From NCBI GenBank assembly GCA_964016885.1, contig OZ024743.1, positions 116,374,001 through 116,438,000 on the forward strand: 64,000 bases of DNA, given 5' to 3'. Below, one piece after another: positions 1 through 13,948 of this stretch. Source of the stretch: Eledone cirrhosa. Its lineage: Eukaryota. The position numbers were made by a program, and so were the translations under genes. The notes beneath the pieces are model-generated. The model did no database searches and was not told the DNA's origin. It saw only the letters and a program-made list of their open reading frames with translations. How positions within the stretch are numbered: position 1 is the first letter of the stretch; the number at the start of each line of letters is the position of its first letter.

Positions 1-702
1 GAGCGTCGGATAAAATGATTTACGAAATTTAATTATGATTCTTTCGTTCTGAAATCAACCTCCGCCGAAGTTCGAGATCAGTTGCTCCTTTCTATATTTT
101 TCTCCCTTCCTCTTTCACGACCCCAACTTCTCTGGAGGAAAAATCGACTGTGTTTCGACTGGGAGAATGAATGAGGCTTCACTGGATATAAAAAAGTAGC
201 CATACAGGACGCAGGAGCTTCCTCTTTTCCAAATATTGCTGACCTCGTGGCAAAGCTAGAAATAATTATTAACTGTATGTTTTATACCAATCTCTTCTTT
301 TATTTGATCTGTGAACTATAAATTGCGTCTTATCAAGTTTTGTGCGGTTTCTCCTCATGGATATCATACTTAATCAAAACGTCATGATGAGAGTTGACTT
401 GGGGGCTACAAAACAACGACAACTGGGAAGAGGTTTCTGTCTTAGACAATAAAGTCACTTATCAGGCTGACAGTATGTTCCACCGGATTTTATTGATCTT
501 TATAGAAAAACAAAATCAATATAAGATACTTTCTATCATATTTATCTCTACCGCTAGCAATGTAGCAAGTGTCCATTTCTCTCTCTATCAATTACATATT
601 AAGAAACATATATATACCCAGATGCATACATAGACACACACGCACACACACACACACACACTCACACACACACACACACACACATATACATATATATATA
701 TA

Positions 703-1294
703 TGGTGGCTGCCAACTCGTTTTCGAGTACGGCCACTACTTTATATCCATGTAGGAGAAACCCTACCGATGCGCTGAACCTGTGTGACTTTTTAGTCCAG
801 CCAGCGACTTGAAAACTCTGGTACAAACACTACACTTGTGATAATCATTGACACATAGTGCTGGTCCCATGTGACGACAAGTGCAGAGAGATCTCCAGAT
901 ATAAAGCAATGCCTGTGCCATGAAGCTTTTATAGTGAGTAAAACGCAGTGCACAAAGCCAGACCCACTCTCTTGACCAAGATGATATTTACTAAAAAGAA
1001 GAACAAGTCAACATCATTGGATACCATCAGAGTTGCAGGTGTTATATCAGAGTTTTCCTTCTCCTAGAATTCTGCCTTGACAAAGGCTAAGGGGTCATCT
1101 CTCCCGGTGATTTTGGATGGCCATTGACTTTTAAGAGCTCCTTTGCCCTTTTTTTTTAGTCCTGCAGGATGTCCAAAGTCACCCTCCTCACCAAGAAACC
1201 TTGGTGGGGTCGCCAGTTTAGTCGCCAACGACCCGACCATGAGACAGGTTGTACTGGGATACATGTTACCAGTAGCACCAACTGGTGACCTGAC
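703..1294 (-). mobile_element. Short non-autonomous RTE-derived element (RTE 5' head plus RTE-type 3' tail)
   Basis: The reverse complement begins ggtcaccagttggtgctactggtaacatgt...ggcgactaaactggcgaccccacc, homologous to the RTE 5' end at 9855-10030. The body matches 9530-9840, and it ends gcagccaccat plus microsatellite like the RTE 3' end at 13588-13600. Confidence 0.7.
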
Positions 1295-1737
1295 ATAATA
1301 TATGTATGCATATATATATATATATATATGCATACACGCATATGTATGCATACATATATACAGGGATGCATACACACATATACATACATACACACGTCTA
1401 TACATTTTACTAAACGCGTAGATTCAATAGTTATATATGCACTGTCACATCGTAAGTAGCGTATAAATCTACTTATTTATTTATTTTACAATCTATATTT
1501 TATCCTGTAATATGTTTATCACACTGTCATGTTATCAATCATAACGCCAAGCCATTTACATATACCATTCATATATCCAATCTATCTAGTTCTTTCCTCT
1601 TTTTCAATGAAAGTCTAATGTCCGAAACTTTGAGGAATTTTCCATATAACATCAAACCTTTAACTAATATATATCAACATTACATTGTAATGTTCACCCG
1701 TGTTGCTTTTCTTTGGTGATTTTTCTAACGTGCGCGC

Positions 1738-1740
<3 letters not shown>

Positions 1741-1818
<78 letters not shown>

Positions 1819-1867
1819 CGTGCGTGTGTGTGTGTGTATGTGTGTGTGTGTGTGTGTGTGCGTGCGT

Positions 1868-1937
<70 letters not shown>

Positions 1938-1950
1938 CTCTGTGTGTGTG
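1741..1950. repeat. (TG)n microsatellite, representative of dozens of (TA)n, (TG)n and (TATG)n tracts in the window
   Basis: Directly visible; such tracts give the VCVC, HTHT and YIYI pseudo-ORFs. Confidence 0.99.
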
Positions 1951-2540
1951 TTTCTGAGCGTCGGCGAGTGGATGAGAGGAAAGTTGCTTCGCCCATGCAC
2001 TTTTGCGTCTGGTGAAGCGAAACTATCAAATTATTCTCAGAAAAAACATCTCGCCTAAATTTTTGCCATTAAATCCATCCAAGAATTAAATAACTCTGTG
2101 TGTTTTCATGCGCAAGTGTGTATATAAAGGTGAATGATAAAACCACGGTACTTTTAAAAAGAAACAACCTTCATACTATTTGTTCCCGCCCGGCTACAAG
2201 TTCATCAGTCTGTTTGTTTTTCCAGTTTTTTTACTGTTGTCTGATCCACACAGTATATCATTAAGGCATAATCAATTAAGAATAATTGAGCAGTGTCTAA
2301 TAAAAATTAAAGGGAACAAAAATCGAAGAAAAAAAGAAACGATCAGAAAAAGAAAAAGGATCAACCACGAAAGAAAGGGAGAAGGTGGCATAGACACTAC
2401 GCCCTAGTTTAAGCAAGCGTAAAAAAATAGATGGTTAATAATTATTGTCATCCACTATATTCTTCCTCTCTTTCTCTTTCTTCTCCTATTGGGTACTTTC
2501 GTCACTCACTAGCCACAACAATTGATGGTCATTAATCAGC

Positions 2541-2571
<31 letters not shown>

Positions 2572-2575
<4 letters not shown>

Positions 2576-3737
2576 ATAAATATTCCAGTGGGTACTAAGT
2601 ACCTACGGAAATATATATGGTGTCTATAACAGTGGTTATTCAATGGTACTAATTTGAGATACCAGAATAATAAAAATGAGCGGAACATGTAAACATTAAA
2701 CATCTTTTAAATAAATTTAAATACGATTTAAATATTCACCTGTTCTAGTGCTGTGACCGACGGATTCGCTAATCAAAAGATTGGAAATTCAGAGAATTTT
2801 CAATGGAAAGAATCAGCTCTTCAGACAGCTATTTCCAACCACAGGACACAGAGCCTTCTATTAGTAAACATATTGCTTTCTGCCCAATGTATCAGGTCAG
2901 GCAGTTAAAGTGACCTACACATAAATAGGCTGGTAGGAAAAAGCGGTAATTATAGACTTATTGAAATTTCATGTTATTTACTAGAAATAGCAGCACGATA
3001 CAATATTTTTTTTCTCTACATAGGCGGAAATACAAATAAATGCTATAAATATTCATGTGGTACTAAGTAACCACGGAAATATATATGGTGTATATAACAG
3101 TGGTTATTCAATGGTACTAATTTGAGATAACAAAATTATAAAAATGAGCGGAACAAGTAAACATTAAACAATCTTTTAAATAAATTAAAATACGATTTAA
3201 ATATTCACCTGTTCTAGTGCTGTGACCGACGGTTTCGCTAATCAAAAGATTGGAAATTCAGAGAATTTAGTAAACATATTGCTTTCTGCCCATATTTAGT
3301 AAACATATTGCTTTCTGCCCAATGTATGAGGTCAGGCCGTTAAAGTGATCTACACATGTATAGGCCGTTAGGAAAAAGCGGGAATTATAGATCTCCTATG
3401 TAGAGAGAAAGATGTTGTATCTTGCTGCTATTTCTAGTTACATGAAATTTCAACAAGTCTATAATTCCCGCTTTTTCCTAACGGCCTATCTATGTTTAGG
3501 TCACTTTAACGGCCTGACCTCATACATTGGGCAGAAAGCAATATGTTTACTACTACAAGGTTCTGGGCCTTGTGGTTGGAAATAGCTGTCTGAAGAGCTG
3601 ATTCTTTCCATTGGAAATTCTCTGAATTTCCTATCTTTTGATTAGCGAAACCGACGGTCACATCACTAGAATAGGTGAATATTTAAATCGTATTTTAATT
3701 TATTTAAAAGATTGTTTCATGTTTACTTGTTCCGCTC

Positions 3738-3741
<4 letters not shown>
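2572..3741. mobile_element. Non-coding pLTR/retrozyme-like locus, family A (~470-bp unit; tandem copies on - strand, then an inverted copy)
   Basis: Direct repeats 2572-3045 and 3045-3395, inverted arm 3396-3741, (TA)n on both flanks, HHR sequence in each arm. Confidence 0.85.
3585..3664 (+). ncRNA. Type I hammerhead ribozyme, family A
   Basis: gctgt CTGAAGA gctgatt...gattagc GAAA ccgacgg TC acatc (acagc in sister copies). Minus-strand copies at 2750-2829 (GAAT variant) and 3219-3268 (partial). Confidence 0.85.
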
Positions 3742-3787
<46 letters not shown>

Positions 3788-3902
3788 CCATAGCCACCCA
3801 CCCATTGCCATCACCACCGTGCCCCTTCTACCTTAATTAAACCTTCTCAATTAAATCCCCCTTCAAGTCTTCCTTATTTATACTGTCTGTCATTTAAACT
3901 TT

Positions 3903-3957
3903 AGTTCTTCTGTAATGACCCTGTGATAAACAGGCGAAACTCCTCAGTAACAAGACT
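3903..3957 (+). ncRNA. Degenerate hammerhead motif in a solo pLTR-like segment (family B)
   Basis: agttcttctg taatga ccctg tgataaa caggc GAAA ct cctc ag TA acaagact. The core is mutated but stems II and III are recognisable; AATAAA follows. Confidence 0.5.
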
Positions 3958-4249
3958 CACTATTTAGCCTTAATAAAATGAATATATATCCTATAATTTT
4001 TCTTAGGTCAGTTGGTCGTACTACTAACACAGTCTTGTACTTCTTCAGCCAATCGTGTATATCTCCTTCTGCCTCGTCAGCAATGATAACAATATTTGCT
4101 CTAGAGTTCTTATATATTTGATATATATTTATCCTTATCGAGCCTCTTGAAATAAATACATTTGTTTATATGTTGCTATTGTGTATGCAAAAATATCTAT
4201 ACACGAATATATAATTATATATATATATACATGTATATATATATATATA

Positions 4250-4357
<108 letters not shown>

Positions 4358-4539
4358 TAATAGATTAAAGTTTAAGCGAATAATCGCTGCTTTCAGCCTT
4401 AACGGGATCTCGTGAAACTAAAAAAAATCAAACTGTGAACGCAGAAGTAAATATTTCGAAAAACGTTACGCACTATATATATATATATGTATATATATAT
4501 ACACACACTACATATACATACACACACACACACATATAT

Positions 4540-4783
4540 TGTCATAATGTCGTAATGTAGACAGCCAGACATACAGACATATATTGTAAGGGCGCAACGT
4601 CATAGCTATCTAATGCGGTCCCTAGGGCATTGAACATTTGAAATATCTTTTGCTCAAAACACTCACGACCATAGGTATTAACATGTGTAACGTTTGAAAA
4701 CAATCGATTGGGTGGTTCTGGAGTTTTAGGGAGTAAGACAGACAGATAGGCAGACAGGCATTCTCTGTTTTAGATATATAGAT
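4540..4783 (-). mobile_element. Non-autonomous Helitron 5' fragment
   Basis: Minus strand starts aTCtatatatctaaaa followed by (GTCT)n. It shares cataatgtcg..gacagccaga..aagggcgc with the Helitron at 39089-40038. Confidence 0.6.
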
Positions 4784-4849
4784 GATGGTAATGTTAGTGG
4801 TGCTTTCTTCTTGTTAACATCACTGGTATCACCAAGATACTATTTAGCT

Positions 4850-5757
4850 GACGTTGCTAGGGCATATAAACAGACGTTGATTTGCCAAAATATAGGGGTT
4901 TAATTAGTCGTAAATATTCACCCCCAATTTCATTATTTGCTTTCATTTTGTTTAGTACCGTTGTTTTATTACGTTCCGTGAGAGACATGAATTAATTTTT
5001 CTTTGGAAAGTGTCGCGAGTGGTATATTTCAATTGTTTATACTCTTGATGTTCCAAGCTAATGAGAGTCGAGGTAGAATCAGTTGATACATGTGGTGTCA
5101 AATTTCTTACCGGCATAGTTGTTTCAAGGGATTATTCGTGTGACGTTGTTTGTTGATATTCAGCCTGTTTACTAACATGGCGGCCTCTAGCACGTGTTGT
5201 TATTTGCATGTTCGATCTGGGGGACTTACAATCAATAATATTCATGCTAATTTTACATTGAACGAACTTTGCTTATTGGCGTAATTGATTGGCTGTGGAG
5301 TGATTTAAATTTGGATGTATTTCATCTCTGTATATCTTCATTCTGTTCATATAATCAGCTGAGGATTTTTTTTTTGCCATTTTATGACAATTAAATAGAT
5401 TATTAATAAGTTCGTAATTATAAATGCTATTTATAATGTTGGCTACTTCTGTAGCTACAACTAAGAAATTGTTTACATTTCTCGTTGGTGTTTTTCTTCG
5501 GTACTCAATTAATGTTGTTGATGTTAATATTGTCTTCATGCATGCTGGTTGTAGCAAATCCGTGTAAAATAAAATTACTATTTAGTCGGATATATCTACG
5601 AATTCGAATAATAGGTGTCTTCAGTGGGTATAGTTAGAACACTATCCAGTGAGTCAACACGGAAGGTATTTGTGGTATTACTGTTCGAGATAGTATTCAT
5701 CTTAAATTTAATATATAGTCTCCAACGCCAATATGTGCATTTGATCGCGTCGTTTAA
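4850..5757 (-). mobile_element. Decayed 5' fragment of the R4-like family seen at 6000-9335
   Basis: Colinear homology with 8300-9330; residual DYMNRMKIYRDEIHPNLNHSTANQLRQ Myb-like motif. Confidence 0.8.
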
Positions 5758-5816
5758 GTATGTATGTATGTATGTATGTATGTATGTATGTATGTATGTA
5801 TGTATGTATGTATGTA

Positions 5817-5916
<100 letters not shown>

Positions 5917-5999
5917 CTTCTGGTTTTATAATTTCACAAAGTTTTACCAATAGAGAGAGAGAGTCGGTTTCTAACATAGACACAAGTATCTCTCATTGG

Positions 6000-8900
6000 A
6001 ATTTACACAACATCAACTAGGTAGATATGTGTGTATGCATGCATGTGTAGATATGGATGTTATTGTATGTGTGGATGTGGATGTTTTGAGTTGTATGTGT
6101 GCATGTGTATATGCTTTGTATCTGTACATGTGTATATGCAGTTATTAGATGCAACATTTTCGGAATGTTTTACATATTTTTACTGTTCCATTAATGGATT
6201 GTACTTGTAATTTCCTAACTAGTTGTGTTCTTTCTGTTCCTGTGAAGCCTAGCTTCTCAAGATTTGTATTGAGGCAGTTACTAACATATCCCAGTGCCCC
6301 AATAATCACAAGCATAAATCTGAACGTATAATCAGGGTGGAGTATCTGCAGATTTCTCATCAGTTCTGCATAAATATTCTCCTTTTCACTAATCTTTGAT
6401 ATTATATTGGCATCTGCTGGGCAGCTAATTTCCACTACTGTGCATGTTTTCTTCTCCCTGTTCCATATCATATTATCTGGTCTGTTATGCCTGCATTTTA
6501 TTGGGGTTTTTACTGGAACATTCCACCAGTACATTCCACATGTACATAGATGTCTTCCACATTGTTGTAGCTTTTAATGTGTTTATTATCGGGGCTATCT
6601 TTTTTACGATTGCATTGTACAGTGTTTTGGCCACTACATCATGCCTCATAGGTAGATAGTACCGCAATGACATCTTTGGGCAGCTGCTGATGACATGGGT
6701 GATATCCTCGATGTTATTTCTGCAGAGTCTGCACTTGTTATAACATCTAGGTGTGTTGCCTGCATCCCTATCTCTTTTGTGAATAGGTATTTCGTGCTAA
6801 TCCCTTGCTGTTCCTGGATTGCAAAAGCGTATCCTTCAAAGTGGGAGCCAATAGAGCGGTTGTTGGTCCAAGATAGACTACTTTCCTTATCTATATTACT
6901 CTCACTCTGGAGCTTCCCGGCAACATATCCATGCATGATTTTTTGCTGATAGGCATGCAGTTTTTCATCCATGGATTCACTGCGATACTGCTGAGCGACG
7001 TCCCTGGCTGTGAGTTTTTGATTATCACACAGGGAATATATCTCAAGGAGTTCCTTCCCAACTCTCATGATCTTATCTGTTTCATACAGCTAGACTTGCT
7101 CGAGAAACGGGCTCCTACGCTTCGAGTTTCGTAGATGTTGTCGGAGAGATATGATGCTACATTCAAATGTTGTTTGGACTGATGTTAGGCCTCTGCCTCC
7201 CTGCTTATGTTTCAAGTAAAGGCGGTCTAGGTCACTGTCGATGTGGAAGTTTCCGGTGTTGTTCAGTATTTTTCGAGTTCCAACATCAACTGCTCGGATT
7301 TCGTCTATCGTCCAATTGCGTATTCCAAAGGTTGCTGTTAGGACAGGCACAGCAAACACATTGTGAGCCACTGTTTTCTTTTGCGCAGAGAGTTCCGATG
7401 ACCAGATCTTTCTTAATCGGGTGTAGTATTCCCTGGTTACGCGTTCTTTATTACAGATACCATTATAGGATATGTTCTCATCTATCCCCAGGTACCTGTA
7501 GCAGTCCTCATCAGATATTGGTGAAACAGTTAGGCCATTGATGATAATGTTGCTAGAGTGGGTTGTTGTTTTTCCCCGCTTTACAGTCATGTATGAGCAT
7601 TTATCTTCACAAACTCCATTCCTATATCCTTTGAGAACGTTGTAACCAGGTCAAGATTGTTCTTCATCCCATCCATGTTCTTGGCATAGAGTTTCAGATC
7701 GTCCACAAAGAAATTATGGGTTAGGTTCGTATTTCTGTCCTCCTGTGAGCCAATGATCACATTTCTTGAGCAGAAAGGACAAGGGAGTTAATGCCAAGAT
7801 GAACAATATCACAGAGAGACTGTCCCCCTGGAATATACCCCTGCAATATATTATTTTATCAGTGAAAATAGAGTCCTCCCTCTCTGTCTTTAACCTTAGG
7901 ATAGTAGCCCAAGAAGAAGACAGCCTCTCTATGACTCTGACAATAATGTCTGGGACTTTAACAAGTTGGAGGACCTCTATCATCCAAGAGTGGGGAACAG
8001 AATCGAAAGCTTTCCTGTAGTCCAGCCAGACTGTAGTCATATTCCTCCTAAGTTGTCGCACCTCCGACAGAGTTCTGATTCTACTGTTACCAAACATCGT
8101 CTCTATTTTATTTTTCACTCTTTGTTGGTGAGGAGTGAGTTTTTTTTGTGTTTGTTTGCATTTAAGGAGCCTTATCACACGTCCTATGTTTTTTCGTAGG
8201 TCAGCACACTTTTTTTCTATTTTAGTTATATATGATGGTATTTTTGGTGGTGTTTTGTTCTTGTTAATATCTCTGCTATCACCAAGATAATGCTTCACTG
8301 TCATTGCTAAGGCATATAAACAGGCGTTTATTTGCCAAAATGTTGGGGTTTTTATCCGTCGTAAATATTCATCCCCTATTTCTTCAATAACACGTAGTAT
8401 TTCATTATTTGGTTTTTATTCACCATTGTCGTTTTAACACGTTCAGCAAGTGAGATGTTTATACATGAGTTAATTTCTCTCTAGAAGATCTCGTTGGGGG
8501 AAATTTTCAATTGTTTATACTTTTGATTATCATTATCGAATGTATTTTCCACAACAGTCGAGGTAGACTCGGATGGTACACGTGGTGTCACATTTATTCG
8601 ATTATTATTATTATTTCTTCGATTATTATTATTATCGATAGTGTTTTCTCCAGCATTCGAGGTAGACTTAAATGGTACAGGTGGTGTCAACATTCTTACA
8701 GGCATAGTTGTTTCAAGGCGCTGTTCGACCTGGCTGCTAGGAAGTCTAGTAGCATGGCGAACTGTAGCACGTGTTGTTGATAACATGATTGTTGTGGGGG
8801 GACTTACAATTAATAATATTTAACTTATGTTTACGTTCAACAAACGTCGCTTGTTGGCGTAATTGTTTTGCTGTGAAATAATTTAGCTCTGGGTGCATTT

Positions 8901-9335
8901 CGTCCCATCGTAGCTTCATTCTATTCATATAGCCAATGGAGGGATGTTTTTTGCCCTTTTATAACAATTAAATAAATCATTATTAAGTTCGCAACTCCAA
9001 AAGAAATGCGATTTATAATTTCCGTTTCTTCTGTAGCTACAACTGAATAAAATTTGATTACCTTCCTTGTTATTTGTCTTCGATACTTCCTTAATTTGTG
9101 TGTTGATGTTGTGTTCAGCCATGCTGTTTGTAGCAAATCTTTGTAAAATGAATTATGCATTTAGTCGGATATCTCTACGAATTCGATTAAAAGGTGCCTT
9201 CACAAGGGATAGTTAGAAGAATAACCAGTTATTCAACCTGACTGTAGTTGTGGCATTACTGTCGGAGATAGTATTCATCTTAAATTTAATAAATAGTCTC
9301 CCACGCCAAAATATGCGGCTGCTCGCGTTGACTGT
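6000..9335 (-). mobile_element. Decayed R4/Dong-like non-LTR retrotransposon (Myb-like, RT, CCHC, REL endonuclease), internally deleted
   Basis: Fragments carry MNRMKLRWDEMHP, WLDYRKAFDSVPHSW, GIFQGDSLS, FVDDLKLY, YRYLGIDE, RHD and RPDNMIWN..VVEISCP. There are frameshifts, and early RT domains are missing near 8050. Confidence 0.88.
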
Positions 9336-9489
9336 ATAGTATGTATGTATGTATGTATGTATACAAAGGGCCGAAGAACTCATAAGAGTCAACGCCCCTC
9401 TAAAAGTGGGTAAATATGTATATACACATGTACATATGTGTATATGTATATGTGTATATGCATGGGTGCATGTGTGTGTATATGCGCGG

Positions 9490-9842
9490 GGAGATAGAAA
9501 TAGTCGGGCTGGACAACCGATCGCACGGTTAAATCACTGGGAGTGAAGAACCCCTAGCCTTTGTCAGGGCATTCTTCTAGGGGAAGGCAACTCAGGAAAC
9601 TGGGATAACTCCGATATAAGATCTGTGGTCAGTAGTTACCGATGATGTTGATCTTTTCTTCTTTTCAGGTTATAGCTACTGTCGCTCAGAGAGTGGGATT
9701 GGTTCAGTGCACAGTCTTTCTTCACTTCAAAAAATATCTTCACGCACAGGTATTGCACGATAGAATTAATTAATTATTATTAATAATGGTATATCGTGCA
9801 ATGGCTATACTCGATAACGAGAGGCAAGCCATCATGTATGTA
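9490..9842 (+). mobile_element. 5'-truncated copy of the short RTE-derived element
   Basis: Homologous to the reverse complement of 703-1110 (cccctagcctttgtca, gatgatgttga, ctcga..acgag..gccatcat). Confidence 0.65.
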
Positions 9843-9852
9843 TATATATATG

Positions 9853-12800
9853 TTAGGTCACTCTCGAGTGCTACTGGTAACATGTAATGCACTACAACTT
9901 GTCTCGTGGTTGGGCCGTCGGCGACTAAACCGGCGAACCCACCAAGCTTGCATGGTGAGAAGGATGATATTTCGACACCCTGCGAGAATGAATTCAAGTC
10001 CCGCAAAGGGCGGAAGTCAACGGCCATCCAAATAGTACTTTCTATTTTTTTTTTTTTTTATTTATTTATTTATTTATTTTTTTTTTTCTCTCTTCTCACC
10101 AGGGAGTGAAAGGCCCCCAGCTGTTGTCACGCCACCTTTCTGGGAGAGGTGAACTCTGTAAAAAATCCTAAAGATTCGGAATCACCCAAATATGTTGACA
10201 ATTTCTCCTTTTCGGGTAGTGTTTTCGATACTCAGAGAGTCTAATTGGTCGAGTGCAAGGCCTATTCCCACTTAAAAAACCTTATGTAACAGCTTTCTTT
10301 ATTCCCAGTCCAGTAAAACCCATCCTGAAAGAAGATCAGCGTTAGTGTCGATGAAACTCAATCGCTATAACATGGACATTTTCAGAAATGAGATTGGCAG
10401 GTAAGGGTCAATTCACGGAACAGAAGGTAGCATATGCTTTCTATTCGAGTGGTAGAGAATGGTGTAAGAGAGAGGTGTGTGTGTGTGTGGGGGGGGGAGT
10501 CGCATTTGATGTCAGGTATAGAATCCTTTTTAAATTTGGAAGATCTTCCTTGTGGATCCAATGATCAGATAAGGTCCATGAGAGTCCCTCTGATTCAAAA
10601 CCGCCTTGTGACTCTCGTCAGTGTGTACGCACCTACCATGTGCGTTAGAGATGATGAAAAGCTAGCTTTCTTCATGTCTTTGAAAGAGGTTAACCATAAT
10701 ATACCTTATGCAGACAAGATTGTCATCCTTCGTGATTTAATGCACGTGTAGGGGTAACGATTGGGAAGCTTGGATTGTGATAGGCAAGTATGGAGTGGGA
10801 AAATGCAATAACAATGGCCTACTTCTAATGCAGATGTGTGCTGGGGTGGATCTTGTTGTTGGGAATAAGCTCTTTCAGCAGAAAGACAAGAATAAAATGT
10901 GGATGCATCCAGGTTCGAAGAAGTGGCAACTTAATGTCTTCGTTTTAACAAGGAAATGTGATATTAGCGATATCACATTGGTTCGTGTATTGCGAGGTAC
11001 GGAATTTTGGACTGATCATCGTCTGGTACGCGACAAGTTTCAATTTGTTGTTAAATCCAAGGTTAGGTGGAAGAAAGTTGCACTTCCAAAACGACTAAAC
11101 GTAGTTCGTCTGAAGACAGTAGAAGTAAGAGCTGAGCTGTCGAAGTCTCTTGAATCCATGAAAAATACATGGGATCCATTGAAGAAAGCCGTCTATGATG
11201 TCAGTGCTGGAGTTTTAAATCAATAGAAAGCATAAGGACTGTTTCGATGAAAATGATGCAGAGATCCAGACCTTGCTTGAAGAGAAACAAAAAGTGCTGA
11301 CATCATTGTTGTGTGAGAAATCTTCTGACAAGAGTATCCAGACTTTCAAGCAGATCAAGGCACATGTGTAACATCAATTCAGAGCCATGCAAGATACCTG
11401 GTGGAGAAAAAAGGCTGATGAAATCCAGAAATCCTCAGATAGACATGATAGAAAGATCTTATACCATCTGCTCAGGGTGGTGTATGGTCCGACCGGTCCA
11501 CAAATATCAACACTTCGCTCCAAAGACGTCGAGGAATTGATCAGAGATCCGAAGGAAATCGTGATCAGGTGACATGAATGTGACATGACCACTTTGATGA
11601 GCTCCTCAACAGACCATCAGAAATCGATGATAAGTTCATACGGTTGATTCCATCCAGACCTACAAAGCTGGTAATGGCTGATCCTCCTTAATTTGATGAG
11701 GTGGAGAGGCCATTGCGAAATTAAACAACGGCAAGTCACCTGGAATGGATGGACTGAGCGCCGAGAACTTCAGGTGTGCTATTGATAACTTCTTATACCA
11801 CCTAACTGTTCTCGTTATGAATGCTGGTAATGAAGATGTACTGCAGATGCATTGATGGTGCTACTTGACAAAATAAAGAGAGCAAAGGGTGACTGTCACA
11901 ACTACAAAGGTATTTCCCTGCTATTTGTAGCTGGGAATATCTTGTGCAGGATATTGTCCGACAGATTTATACAGCACATTGCTGTTGAGGTACTTCCTGA
12001 GTCCCAATGTGGGGTTAGGAATGGCAGAGGCACTGTTGATAAGGTGTCCTCGGCCACACAACTCCAGGAGAAATGCATTGAGCAGCGCATCGACTTATAC
12101 TATGTTTTTGTCGATCTGACCAGGGCATTTGACAACGTCAATCGGAAGGCTTTGTGTATTATTTTCGAGAGGTTGGGTTATCCAGAAAGGTTTGTGGACA
12201 TACGCAAGTTCTCCCACGATGACATGCAGGCATGGGTAAACATTGGAGGTAAACTCTCTGAGTTAATCTCGGTTGAAAATGGTGTCAAACAAGTGATATA
12301 CCTGCACCAACTTTGTTTGCCTTCTATTTCGAAAGAGTGTTCTTCTTGTCAATCTCAGATATCGCACTTCCGACAAGCTGTTCAACGTCAGGCGTTTCAC
12401 TGCTAACACTAACGTGAGTTCCTTGATTAAAGACTTTCTGTATGCAGATGATTGTGATCTCTTCGTACTCTCCCAGAGTGACATGCAACACCTTATGGAT
12501 TCTTTTTCGGATGTGTGCTGTGTTTTTGGACTGAAAATAAGTCCGAAGAAGACTGTTGTCATATACCAACTTGCTCCCGATAAAGGTTCTCAATGACCCC
12601 TCCATATATGTATACGGTCATAATCTGAAGGTTACTGACAGATTTGTGTATTTGAGAAGTACTCTGAGTGTAACCTGTTCTCTGGATGCAGAAGTTGGTC
12701 AGTGTGATTTTCAGAAGAAAATCATGTGAGTTATTTGGAAAGCTCATAACAGTCTGTGGTGCAGGCGAGGAATCAGAATGAAGACCAACTTGAAAGTAGA

Positions 12801-13600
12801 TGCTGCATGTGTACTATAAACATTGATGTATGCGTGTGAGACATGGGTTGCCTACAAATGGCATATCAAAAGACTGGAAAGATTTCACCAGCAGTGTCTC
12901 AGAAAGATGCTCGGTGTCAAGTGACAGATGCATGTCAATGAGCTTGACATCCTTGAGAAGTGAGTGTCGGAGAATTGTAAGTATCATCAACCTACGTCGT
13001 TTGCGATGGACCGAACACTTCTGCAAAATGGAGGATGATCGAATCCCAAAACATCTTTTGTATGGCGGACTTTATAAAGGTAAGAGACCACCTCACAAGC
13101 CAAAGCTACGATTCAAAGATTGTGTAAAGGACTCATTGAAAAATATTAGTTTGATAGTGGCTGATTGGTGGATAGAAGCTCTTGAAAGAGAAACTTGGCG
13201 TGGAATGATGAATGATGTGATCCATAATTTTGAGGACAGACGGATAAAGCTCGAAAAGAGCAAAAGGGATGTGCGTAAACAATGCCCAAGTGTATCACTC
13301 GAAACAATCGGTGTCTCCATTCAATTGGTGTGTCCTTAGTGTGGTAAGATTTGCTCGAGCAAATCTAGTCACAAACACTGCAGTCGCAGCCATGTTCAGA
13401 GAGAACCAGTGAACTATGATCTCCACGGTATTGTGAAGGTTCACAGGCAACCTAATGCAAAACCTGAGGACAGGGAGATCCACAGTTGTCGTCAATGTGT
13501 GAAGGAGTGCAAGTGTCTAGCAGGTTTGAAAAGCCATATCCGAGCGTCTGAATCGGCAAGCGATTGCAATACACATAACGTAAGTTTGCAGCCATCATGT
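9853..13600 (+). mobile_element. Near full-length decayed RTE-clade LINE (APE endonuclease, RT, C-terminal zinc-finger remnants) with (ATGT)n tail
   Basis: LVSVYAPT, WMHPGSKKW, TDHRLV, NYKGISLL, ESQCGVRNGRGTVD, FVDLTRAFD, LYADD, RLRWTEH..MEDDRIPK..RFKD; many stops and frameshifts. Confidence 0.93.
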
Positions 13601-13803
13601 ATGTATGTATGTATGTATGTATGTATGTATGTATGTATGTATGTATGTATGTATGTATGTATGTATGTAGGTAGGTAGGTAGGGAGATACATACTTACGT
13701 ACGTATATATGTATGTATATATGTATGTATGTATATATGTATGCATGCATGTATGTAAGTATACATGTATGTATGTATGTATGTATGTATGTATGTATGT
13801 ATG

Positions 13804-13948
13804 TGCACAGTCTTTCGTCACTTTAAAAAATATCTTCACGCACAGGCATTGCATGATAGAATTAATTAATTATTATTAATAATGGTATATCGTGCAATGG
13901 CCATGCTCGATAACGAGGGGGGCAGCCATCATCATGTATGTATGTATG
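13804..13948 (+). repeat. Right copy of a ~140-bp direct repeat flanking the RTE (left copy 9707-9845)
   Basis: gtgcacagtctttc...gatagaattaattaattattattaataatggtatatcgtgcaatgg...gccatcatgtatg occurs on both sides of the LINE. Confidence 0.85.

Noticed and set aside
1593-1637. HHR remnant (ttcctc..aatga..cgaaac..gaggaa); similar weak cases near 44330 and 44645
   Set aside because: Too degenerate to call.
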